Part shown: positions 56,155 to 64,000 of the stretch, piece by piece
Layout: every line of letters starts with the position of its first letter
Numbering within the stretch: the first letter of the stretch is position 1
From: an uncultured delta proteobacterium
GTDB taxonomy: Bacteria > Myxococcota_A > UBA9160 > SZUA-336
Assembly: GCA_963704165.1 (NCBI GenBank)
Contig: CAVPHD010000011.1
Location: forward strand, 175,731-239,730
Direction of reading: 5' to 3'
DNA length: 64,000 bases
Made by a program: the position numbers and the translations under genes
Notes under the pieces: model-generated
The model's database searches: none
Told to the model about the DNA's origin: nothing
Seen by the model: only the letters and a program-made list of their open reading frames with translations

Positions 56155-56512
56155 TCCGACCAACATCGTCCGCATCGCCTCCGCGTCGAGCGATCCCTCC
56201 TCGCTCGTCGCGGCGCTCAAGGCCGCGGACTACGTCTGACCTGCCCCCGGGGCTCTGGATGGATGGCTCGAACCCGGTGCCGTCGACCGGCTCCGGAACG
56301 TGCGCATGTACCACGCCACCACGTCGGCGCTCAAGACCTCGACGTTCAAGGACGGTCAGCTGCTGGCCATGGCCAACGGCGCCAAGACGACAATCCAGGT
56401 TGACGCCGACAAGGTGACGAGCAACGGGGCGAACGTCATCGCGTCGGTTCCCGCCTCGAACGGAATCGTCCACGTCATCGACGCGGTGCTCCTGCCTTCA
56501 GACAAGAAGTAG
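56155..56512 (+). pseudogene. Fasciclin (FAS1) domain gene remnant
   Basis: Fragments NIVRIA and SLVAALKAADYV*, then the C-terminal half ending NGANVIASVPASNGIVHVIDAVLLP; the central TxFAP segment is not recognisable. Confidence 0.65.
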
Positions 56513-56671
56513 GGTCGCCGAGCCGGACGACTCACTCTCGCGGCTCACGGGGTCGATCAGATTTCTCGCCTCTGCGTCGATCGGATGTGTATCATCCGCG
56601 AGCGCAGGAGGGATGGGCCTGCTCGAGTGAACTTGATGTTGACTCAGTACATCCATTCGTCTGCGCGTACC

Positions 56672-57988
56672 ATGCGAGCTCGGGCCTTGGCCCTCGCGCT
56701 GATCTTCATCGCCCCGAGCGGGGGCACCTTCGCCGCCGACTACTCCGTGTCGTACAACCCCTACGCGGCCATTCACTGGGGGACGACGCTGCGCTGCCAG
56801 TCACAGCATCACGATCACGCCGCGACCTACGACCGAGTGGCTTCCTACGAGACGGCCGGATACTGCGCCGGCGCGTTCTCGACGTACAGCGGCGCGTTTC
56901 GGCCCTCGACACTCTCCGAGTGGACCGCCGCGGGCAGTCCGAATCCCGATCCGGGGAAACCCCTCGGCTCGGGCCCGCCGCGACGCTGGCCTCCCGAGGA
57001 GTTCGGCGCTCCGACGCTGCCCTGGACGAACCTGAAGTTCTACATACCGGCCGCGGAAGACGTCGGGCTGTACGCGAACGGATTCCTCGGAGCGCACGTC
57101 CAGTCGCTGTTTCTGACCACCTACATCGAAGGTGAAGGCTGCCTTGCGTGCGGGATCGGTGGAATTCCGGTGGCCAGGAACACGTCTGGCTTGCCGGCAA
57201 GCCAGATCCATTCCAACACGCAGGAACTGATGGACCGGATCGTCGAGAACGGCGGGCACGCAACTCTGAATCACCCCGCCGGACCGCCGAGTCAGTACAT
57301 GTCGTACGCCAACTTGGGTTCAATCGAGATGTTCAACAACTACCACCGGAACGCGGACGATTTCGCCGGGACCGACGCGTACAGCAATCAGATGATGGCC
57401 GCGTGGGACTACCTGCTGCAGTACAAGTCCCCGAGAATCTGGGGGGTCGCTTCGAACGACTGGTTCTCGTCGTGGACCGCCTTGGGTCAGACGTACTCCC
57501 CGAGCCAGTTCGGCCCGGTGACGCTCCGGAACCGGGACCGCGGCAAGATGCAGGTCCTGCTGACCTCGTACGACCTCGATTCGTACCGCACGGCCTTCGA
57601 GGCCGGCGCGTTCTTCGCGATCGTCGAGGACAACGCGATCAAGGCCGCATATCCGGAAGTCACGAACATCGCGGTGTCCCACGACAGAATCTCGATCTCG
57701 ACCGCGATCGGAACGGAGTCGATCCGATGGATCGGCAACGGGATGGTGCTCGGCTACACCCCCACCCTGAGCCTGAACGGCCTGCCCGACGGCCTCGTCT
57801 ACGTTCGGGCCGAGATCAACGACGGCGATGGGCGCACCGTCTATACCCAGCCCTTCAGCCTCGGAGAGCCGCAACCGCCGCCGCCCGGCCCCGCCGTCCC
57901 GACCATGCCGATCGCGGCGCTCGCGCTACTGGCGCTGCTGCTGCTCGGCATCCTGAATCATCGCGCGGCTCGCGCTCGCCTCGCCTGA
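56672..57988 (+). CDS. Secreted PHP-like metallohydrolase with an IPTL-CTERM-like sorting tail
   Basis: Signal peptide; QHHDH, LNHP, IEMFN, GVASND, YVRAEI...YTQP; Pro linker, then VPTM + hydrophobic helix + basic tail. Confidence 0.7.
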   Translation: MRARALALALIFIAPSGGTFAADYSVSYNPYAAIHWGTTLRCQSQHHDHAATYDRVASYETAGYCAGAFSTYSGAFRPSTLSEWTAAGSPNPDPGKPLGSGPPRRWPPEEFGAPTLPWTNLKFYIPAAEDVGLYANGFLGAHVQSLFLTTYIEGEGCLACGIGGIPVARNTSGLPASQIHSNTQELMDRIVENGGHATLNHPAGPPSQYMSYANLGSIEMFNNYHRNADDFAGTDAYSNQMMAAWDYLLQYKSPRIWGVASNDWFSSWTALGQTYSPSQFGPVTLRNRDRGKMQVLLTSYDLDSYRTAFEAGAFFAIVEDNAIKAAYPEVTNIAVSHDRISISTAIGTESIRWIGNGMVLGYTPTLSLNGLPDGLVYVRAEINDGDGRTVYTQPFSLGEPQPPPPGPAVPTMPIAALALLALLLLGILNHRAARARLA

Positions 57989-58011
57989 GCTACACTCCGC
58001 ACGTGCTGCGA

Positions 58012-58668
58012 ATGATTCTCCTCTTCGTCGTGGCGAGTTCCATCGCGCTCGCGTCCGACGATGCGACACCTCCGGTCGGAGCGGCGCCGTGTATCGCCTG
58101 CCGGGCCGCCGTCGTCGATCCCGCCGAGCTCTACTCCGGCGAGGACTGGATCGCGCTTCGGGACGGCCAGATCCTGCGCGAAGACGGCGAGCGATCGAGC
58201 ACCGAGGACGATCTCGCCGGGGCAACGCGCGCGCGGAGCCTGATCCGGCGTCCACCCGCGCAGGTCTGGGCCGTGCTGACGGATTTCGAGCAGTGGCCCG
58301 AGTTCATGCCGCTGATCGACGCGACGCGCGTCGAACGGCACGCGGGGCCGAAGCTCCGGGTCGAGCAGAACTACCACGTCCTCTTCGTCTCCCTCGCGCA
58401 CACGACGATCTACGATCTCGATCCCCGCGACGGGCGGCTCTCGTGGCGACTCGACGAAGAGGCGCCCCACGACATCCGCGCGAGTCGCGGCGAATGGCGC
58501 CTCGTCCCGCTGGCTTCGGGGCGCGAGACGCTCGTCCGCTACGACGCCACGATGAGGGCGGGTCGTGCGGTGCCTGAATTCGTCGAGCGAATGCTTCGCG
58601 GACGCTCGCTCGAGCAGTTGCTCACGAGCCTTCGCACGGAAGTCCTGCGCCGGTACCCGGAGAACTGA
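58012..58668 (+). CDS. SRPBCC (START-like) protein with signal peptide
   Basis: PPAQVWAVLTDFEQWPEFMP, GEWRL, VPEFVER. Confidence 0.75.
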   Translation: MILLFVVASSIALASDDATPPVGAAPCIACRAAVVDPAELYSGEDWIALRDGQILREDGERSSTEDDLAGATRARSLIRRPPAQVWAVLTDFEQWPEFMPLIDATRVERHAGPKLRVEQNYHVLFVSLAHTTIYDLDPRDGRLSWRLDEEAPHDIRASRGEWRLVPLASGRETLVRYDATMRAGRAVPEFVERMLRGRSLEQLLTSLRTEVLRRYPEN

Positions 58669-58675
58669 GCGGGCC

Positions 58676-58694
58676 GAGCCCCGTCTCGGGGCTC
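58676..58694. terminator. Hairpin between convergent genes
   Basis: GAGCCCCG-TCT-CGGGGCTC, perfect 8-bp stem. Confidence 0.5.
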
Positions 58695-59538
58695 AGACGA
58701 GAATCCGGTAGATCACCGTTCCCCGCGCGCAGACCGCCGCGTCGTCGCGGCGAACGACCTCGACGTCGCTCCACAGAAGCTCGCGGTCACGAAGCACGCA
58801 GCGGCCGTAGGCCACGAGATCGCCGCTCCCCGAGGGTGCGAGGATCTGCGCCTGGATGGCCGGTGTCGATGCCTTGAATCGGCCCGGTCCGGTCTCCGCC
58901 CAGGAGGCCATCGCGCCGGTGGTGTCGAGCAACGCGAGCACCGCGCCCTCGTGAACGCCGCCGTCCTGATCCGCGTTGGTGTCGCGCCAGGGCATGACGA
59001 GACGGGACGTTCCACCCGTCATGTGTTCGACACGGATGCCGCGGTTTCCGATGAACGGCACGGCGCCGATGTGCGGTCCCATCGGCCCCGGCTCCGAGCG
59101 GCCGTGGTCGCCCGCCGATCGAGGCAGCTCTGCCGCGGCTGCGCCGAAACGCGCACGCACGGCGGCGGTCACGTGCGCGATCGGCTTTGCGTCCTCGGTC
59201 TCGATGTCGACCTCCGCGAAGCACATCTCCTTCCCGCGCCGCAGCAGGCGTGCGCGCGCGCGGATCGTCTCGCCGATGGCCGCGGCGAGGTAGTTCACCT
59301 GAAGCCCGGCCGTGTGCCACGTTCCGGATTCGGGACCGAGCGCCGCGCGCGCGAGCGCCTGCGCGCCGATGGCGCCGAGTGACGCCGCGCAGCCACCGTG
59401 GAGCGCCTTGCCGGGATTCGAGTTCTCGTCCTTGTACGGGAGGCGCAAGACGACCTCTTCGTCGTCTCGCGTCTCGAGCTCGACGCCGAGGAACTTCGAG
59501 TAGGGAGATTCGGCGATCCAGCGCGCGACGAAGTCCAT
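58693..59538 (-). CDS. Double-hotdog PaaI-family thioesterase
   Basis: Two domains: NPGKALHGG and NADQDGGVHEGAVLALLDT. Confidence 0.85.
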   Translation of the reverse strand: MDFVARWIAESPYSKFLGVELETRDDEEVVLRLPYKDENSNPGKALHGGCAASLGAIGAQALARAALGPESGTWHTAGLQVNYLAAAIGETIRARARLLRRGKEMCFAEVDIETEDAKPIAHVTAAVRARFGAAAAELPRSAGDHGRSEPGPMGPHIGAVPFIGNRGIRVEHMTGGTSRLVMPWRDTNADQDGGVHEGAVLALLDTTGAMASWAETGPGRFKASTPAIQAQILAPSGSGDLVAYGRCVLRDRELLWSDVEVVRRDDAAVCARGTVIYRILV

Positions 59539-59542
59539 CGGA

Positions 59543-60664
59543 CTAGCCCAACCCGGGCACGAGACACGAGTGAATCGATTCCTCGCCGGGAATCTCACGG
59601 GCGAGCGTCTGGATCGCGCGCTCCGCGTCACACAGTCCGAAGTCGTGGGTGTGCATCCTCTCGATCCCCGATTTCCGCGACTCGATCAACCGGATCGCCG
59701 CTCGGTACGCGGACGACGTGACTCCGATCGCGCCCGAGACCCGGATCTCCTTCATCACGATCTTGTCCGAGATGAACTCGGGAATCGCCTTGAAACCCTT
59801 CACGCCCGCGAGTACGACGGCGCCACCTGGCGCGACGTAGTCGAGGGCGGCCGCGACCGGCTCGACCGCATACGAGGAGACATCGACGACCACGTCCGCA
59901 CCTCGTCCATTCGTGAGCTCGCGAATCCGCCTGCGCGCGTCCTCGTTCTCGACGTCGATCACGTGGTCCGCGCCGAATTCGCGCGCGAGGCTGAGCTTGC
60001 GCGCGTCCGCCGCCAACCCCGTGACGATGATCGTGCCGGCCCCCACCGCACGGCAGGCCAGCACGCTCGCGAGCCCGCGTTGTCCGGGACCCAGGATCAC
60101 CACCGTATCCCCGGGCTTCGTCTGCGGGATCTCCACCGCCCAGCGAAATCCAGCGCCGAGCGGATTGAACATCACCGCGAGCGAGGCCGGAAGCGAACCG
60201 TCGATCTTGTGCAGCACGCTGTTCGGGTGCAGCCACATGTACTCGGCGTAGGCACCGTAGAGCCCGGGCTTCTCGGAGAGCGGAACGTACGAGTAGATCA
60301 GCCGCTTCTCACACAGGTGCGAGCGACCACCGAGGCACGGCGTGCAGAAGCGGCACGAGATCATGTTCTCGACCGCGACCCGGTCGCCGACGTCGACGCC
60401 CCAGCGTCGTGCTGCGCGGTCGCCGATCTTCGCGATCCGTCCCAGCGGCTCGTGTCCCGGGATGACCGGCACCGGCGTGCGCAGCACGCCTTCGAACTGC
60501 TCGTAGTCGCTGCCGCAGATGCCGCAGGCCTCGATGCGCAGGATCGCGCTGTCCTCGTCGATCTCGGGGATCTCGAGATCACGCGGCTCGAGGGCACGCG
60601 GACCGGTCAGCACCATCGCGAGCGTACGCTTGGGCAGGGTCTCGTGAGGCATTTCGGCGGCCAT
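59543..60664 (-). CDS. Zn-dependent alcohol dehydrogenase (MDR)
   Basis: CGICGSD, GHE, CRFCTPC...C, GPGQRG. Confidence 0.9.
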   Translation of the reverse strand: MAAEMPHETLPKRTLAMVLTGPRALEPRDLEIPEIDEDSAILRIEACGICGSDYEQFEGVLRTPVPVIPGHEPLGRIAKIGDRAARRWGVDVGDRVAVENMISCRFCTPCLGGRSHLCEKRLIYSYVPLSEKPGLYGAYAEYMWLHPNSVLHKIDGSLPASLAVMFNPLGAGFRWAVEIPQTKPGDTVVILGPGQRGLASVLACRAVGAGTIIVTGLAADARKLSLAREFGADHVIDVENEDARRRIRELTNGRGADVVVDVSSYAVEPVAAALDYVAPGGAVVLAGVKGFKAIPEFISDKIVMKEIRVSGAIGVTSSAYRAAIRLIESRKSGIERMHTHDFGLCDAERAIQTLAREIPGEESIHSCLVPGLG

Positions 60665-60736
60665 TATGTGCGAAGATCCCTCGACGCACAGATCCGGAGA
60701 ACGATCCGAGTGCGTGCGATCGGAGGTCGGATCCCG

Positions 60737-61603
60737 GTGAAGCCCGAACGCCGCATCTTCCGCACCCGGAACGGGCTCGCGCTCGTCTCCGACGCATACG
60801 GTGATCCGTCCGCTCGACCGGTCGTCCTCGCGCACGGTGGCGGACAGACACGCCACGCCTGGGGCGGCGCCGCGGAAGCGCTCGCGCGTCGAGGCTGGCA
60901 TGCGTTTGCGCTCGACCTCCGCGGACACGGCGAGAGTGACTGGTCGCCGTTGGGCGAATACGACTTCGAGTTCTTCGCGCACGATCTCAGCGACGTCGCC
61001 GCAGCCCTTCCGGAGCCGCCCGTGCTCGTCGGAGCCTCCCTGGGCGGGATCGCGGCGATGATCGCGCAGGGCGAATCCGAGCACGAGACGTTCTCGGCCG
61101 TCGTACTCGTCGACGTGACCCCGCGCCTCGAGACCGAAGGCGTCGCGCGAGTTCGCAGCTTCATGACCGAGCACATCGAGCGCGGCTTCGCGACGCTCGA
61201 AGAGGCCGCGGATGCCGTGGCCGCGTACCAACCCCAGCGCACTCGCGAGCGGAACCTCGCGGGGCTCGAGAAGAACCTGCGCCGGGGCGACGACGGCCGC
61301 TGGCGCTGGCACTGGGATCCGCGCTTCATGAGCCGCGAATCGCGCGTGCCCCCCGATCTCACCTGGCCTCGTCTCGAGGAAGCCGCGAAGAACCTCCGCG
61401 TACCCACGCTCCTCGTCCGCGGGCGCATGAGTGAGTTGGTGAGTGAGTCCTCCGCGCGCCAATTCCTCGAGCTCGTTCCCCACGCGCGCTACGTGGACGT
61501 CTCCGGTGCCGGGCACATGGTCGCCGGAGACCGAAACGACGTCTTCAGTGACGCGGTGATCCGCTTTCTCTCGGAGCTCGCCCCCGGGGCCGTCACCGCC
61601 TGA
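60737..61603 (+). CDS. Alpha/beta hydrolase
   Basis: HGGGQ, DLRGHGES, GASLGG, GHMVAGD. Confidence 0.9.
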   Translation: MKPERRIFRTRNGLALVSDAYGDPSARPVVLAHGGGQTRHAWGGAAEALARRGWHAFALDLRGHGESDWSPLGEYDFEFFAHDLSDVAAALPEPPVLVGASLGGIAAMIAQGESEHETFSAVVLVDVTPRLETEGVARVRSFMTEHIERGFATLEEAADAVAAYQPQRTRERNLAGLEKNLRRGDDGRWRWHWDPRFMSRESRVPPDLTWPRLEEAAKNLRVPTLLVRGRMSELVSESSARQFLELVPHARYVDVSGAGHMVAGDRNDVFSDAVIRFLSELAPGAVTA

Positions 61604-62390
61604 ACTTCGCGAAATCGGGCGGACGCTTCTCGTTGAAGGCGACCACGCCCTCGCGGGCCTCTTCGGTCTCGACGAACAAGTCGAGCGAGTCCCAGGCGAG
61701 GGTGCCGATGCCCGCGATCGCCTCGCTGTCCGCGTTGAAGCTGTGCTTCAGCACCTTCAGCGCGGTGGGGCTCTTGGAGAGCATCTCGTCGGCCCAGCGC
61801 CGCACCTCTGCGCGCAGTTCCTGCTTCGCCACGACGGAGTTCACGAGCCCCCAGCGCTCCATCGTCGCGGCGTCGTAGAGCCGGCACAGGAACCAGACCT
61901 CGCGCGCACGCTTCTCCCCGAGAATCCGCGCGAGATAGGCGCTGCCGTAGCCCGCATCGAACGAGCCGACGCGCGGACCCGACTGGCCGAAGCGCGCGTG
62001 GTCGGCGGCGATCGTGAGATCGCAGAGCACGTGAAGCACGTGCCCGCCTCCGACGGCGGCGCCGTTCACGGCGGCGATGACCGGCTTGGGGATGTCGCGG
62101 ATCACGCGGTGCAGCGTCTCGACCTCGAAGACCCCCGTTTCGGACGGACCGTAGTCCCCCGTCTCCTGGCGCTGCTTCTGGTCACCACCGGCACAGAAGG
62201 CCTGATCGCCTGCGCCGGTGAGGACGACCACGCCCACTCCACCGTCCGTCCACGCCGCCTTGAAGCAGCGGATCAGCTCGTCGACGGTGCGAGCGCGGAA
62301 CGAGTTGAAGCGCGCAGGCCGATTGATCGTGATCCACGCGACGCCGCGTTCGACCTCGTAGAGAACGTCCTCGAGCTCCGTGAGTTCCAT
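61593..62390 (-). CDS. MenB/BadI-like crotonase-fold enzyme
   Basis: AFCAGGDQK, GGGHVLHVLCD, FGQSGPRVGSFDAG, EKRAREVWFLCR. Confidence 0.82.
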   Translation of the reverse strand: MELTELEDVLYEVERGVAWITINRPARFNSFRARTVDELIRCFKAAWTDGGVGVVVLTGAGDQAFCAGGDQKQRQETGDYGPSETGVFEVETLHRVIRDIPKPVIAAVNGAAVGGGHVLHVLCDLTIAADHARFGQSGPRVGSFDAGYGSAYLARILGEKRAREVWFLCRLYDAATMERWGLVNSVVAKQELRAEVRRWADEMLSKSPTALKVLKHSFNADSEAIAGIGTLAWDSLDLFVETEEAREGVVAFNEKRPPDFAKFRR

Positions 62391-62425
62391 CTTCCCGCTC
62401 CTCGCTTCGCGTTAGACTCCGCTCC

Positions 62426-63630
62426 ATGCCCGACCCGAGCCCGTCCGTCGCCACGTCTCCATTGGCAGGTCTACGCGTCGTCGATCTTACACGCGTTCTG
62501 GCCGGTCCCGTCTGCGGACGGATCCTCGCCGACCTCGGTGCGGACGTGATCAAGATCGAGCCCCCCGACGGAGACCTCGCACGCGAGATCGCGCCGAAGT
62601 GCGATCGCGGGAACTCGGGGCTGTACACGCTCGCGAACGTCGGGAAGCGCAACGTCTCGATCGATCTCGCGGCGCCCGGCGCACGCGAGCTCGTGCTTGC
62701 GCTCTATGCCCACACGGACGTCGTGCTCGAGAACTTCCGTCCCGGCGTCGCCGACCGGCTCGGCATCGGGGGGTCCGCGCTTCGCGAGGCGAATCCGCGC
62801 GCGATCTACTGCGCGCTCTCCGGATTCGGCTCGGCCTCGGCCCTTCGCGACAAGGGCGCGTACGCGCCGATGATGCACGCCGTCACGGGCGTGCTCGACT
62901 GGGAGGCGCGTTCTTCGGGCTTGCCGGTCTCGCAGATCGCCGACAACAAGGCGGACATGGCGGCGGGAATGCACGGCGCGATCGCGGTCCTGGCCGCGCT
63001 CGTGCGACGCGGAGCGAGCGGCCGTGGCGAGCGGCTCGAGGTGCCGCTCTTCGATGCGCTGCTCGCGACCTACAGCGAGACCGCCTACGCGCTCCTGCCC
63101 GAACCCGAGCCGCGGGAGGAGTCGCGCCTCTTCGACGCCGGCGCGAACGGTTTCGTCGTGATCGCGGGTACGCCGCAGAACGCCTGGATGCGATTTCGCA
63201 CGCAGCTCTCCGCGCCCGACCCCGCGCTGCCCGATGCCGACGTACCCACCAAGGCGCGCCTTCGACACGCCGCGATCGAGGACTGGATGCGCTCCCAGCG
63301 AAGTCCGAGCGCGATCGAGGAGCAGCTCGAGCGCGCCGGGCTCTCCATCGGCCTCGTCGTGACGCTGCCCGACGCGCTGCACGCAGCGGGCCGATCGCGC
63401 GCGAGCGAGGCCTGCTCGTCACCGTCGACGACGGCCGCGGCGGGGTCCGCGAGGTCGTTCGCGCACCTTGGTACTTCGATGGCGAAACCTGCCCGATCCG
63501 CCGCCCGGCCCCGAAGCGCGGCCAGCACAACGCCGAGGTCCTTCGCGAGCTGCTCGATCTCGACACCGAGCGGATTCGCGAGCTCGAACGCGCGGGTGTG
63601 CTCGTCTCTTCGCATGCGACGTCCCAGTAG
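62426..63630 (+). CDS. Family III CoA transferase; frameshift near 63385
   Basis: PLAGLRVVDLTRVLAGP, ENFRPG, KADMAAG; C-terminus APKRGQHNAEVL in a second frame. Confidence 0.82.
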
Positions 63631-63631
63631 A

Positions 63632-63654
63632 CCTATCCCCCGGGAGGGGATAGG
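63632..63654. promoter_or_regulatory. CsoR/RcnR-type operator CCTATCCCC-N5-GGGGATAGG
   Basis: Perfect 9-bp inverted repeat with C/G tracts, 8 bp upstream of a CsoR/RcnR-family start codon. Confidence 0.7.
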
Positions 63655-63662
63655 CTGCCCGC

Positions 63663-63772
63663 ATGGCCAACCCACGACGCAAGTCGAAGCCCCCACCCCG
63701 CCACCGTTCCCACAAGGCGGTCGTCGACCGGCTGAAGCGCGCCGAGGGTCACGTCCGGAACGTCATCTCGAC
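63663..63772 (+). pseudogene. 5' fragment of a CsoR/RcnR-family (NreA/NcrB-like) metal-sensing repressor
   Basis: HRSHKAVVDRLKRAEGHVRNVI matches the family RLxRxEGx helix; the sequence breaks before the conserved Cys. Confidence 0.75.
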
Positions 63773-64000
63773 GACCACTCATTACAGCATTAAATGTTTC
63801 TGTTGGATTAACCACATTAACATAATGCCCTTGAGAAATTACTGATTGTCGACTCACCACACTTGGCACTTCAATAGTCCAATCAGAAGTTGTCTTTTCT
63901 CTCGAATCTGCAAGTATTACAAATCCATCCTGTTTTACCATTTGATGCTTCTTTAACTTCACCCCATTCATCTTTTCTTGCAGAAATCATTGTATTCTTT
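63773..64000. other. AT-rich segment of different origin (about 30% GC)
   Basis: 63781-63840 has 18 G+C in 60 nt; open frame on the minus strand with no recognisable family. Confidence 0.85.

Noticed and set aside
61593..62390. menB gene symbol
   Set aside because: No men operon context, and the C-terminal Tyr appears absent
63633..63971. 112-aa minus-strand ORF and 60-aa plus-strand ORF (63663-63845) as complete genes
   Set aside because: Both cross the GC junction, so they are hybrids of unrelated sequences

Overview
High-GC (about 70% by eye) bacterial DNA, almost entirely lipid/steroid/acyl-CoA catabolism, with about 60 genes. No rRNA, tRNA, CRISPR array, transposase or integrase was seen. 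Blocks: (1) 39-11596: actinobacterial-type steroid side-chain genes (chsH2-chsH1-ltp2, thiolase-like protein, MaoC, fadA5, SDR, FATP-type ligase, MFS, FadD3-like ligase). (2) 11570-23994 (-): a second, uncharacterised igr-like operon (small Cys protein, acyl-CoA ligase, apparently permuted crotonase, aldolase+DUF35, split heteromeric ACAD, racemase-like CoA transferase, MaoC pair, CoA-transferase pair, LLM enzyme). (3) 24071-47266: amidohydrolases, SDR, FadF/EtfD, CoxG, five more family III CoA transferases, a MenB/BadI-like hydrolase, a DsrE-like protein, a non-CODH CoxMSL-type molybdenum hydroxylase, an NMO-like enzyme, EtfBA and a DUF35-thiolase pair. (4) 47346-55896: a secreted methanethiol-oxidase homologue apparently lacking one TTQ tryptophan, then a desaturase, two flavin-halogenase-like enzymes, two ferritin-like diiron enzymes and an LLM oxidoreductase, with a repeated TATGAC-N3/4-GTCATA palindrome. 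This is the best candidate for an undescribed system. (5) 56000-63630: a fasciclin relic, an IPTL-CTERM-like secreted metallohydrolase and more acyl-CoA enzymes. (6) A CsoR/RcnR-family gene with its operator, cut off at about 63772 by an abrupt switch to about 30% GC DNA. Frameshifts cluster at 0.7-2.6, 17-19.2 and 40-48.4 kb and look like long-read indel errors. All family calls come from motif recognition, not database searches.
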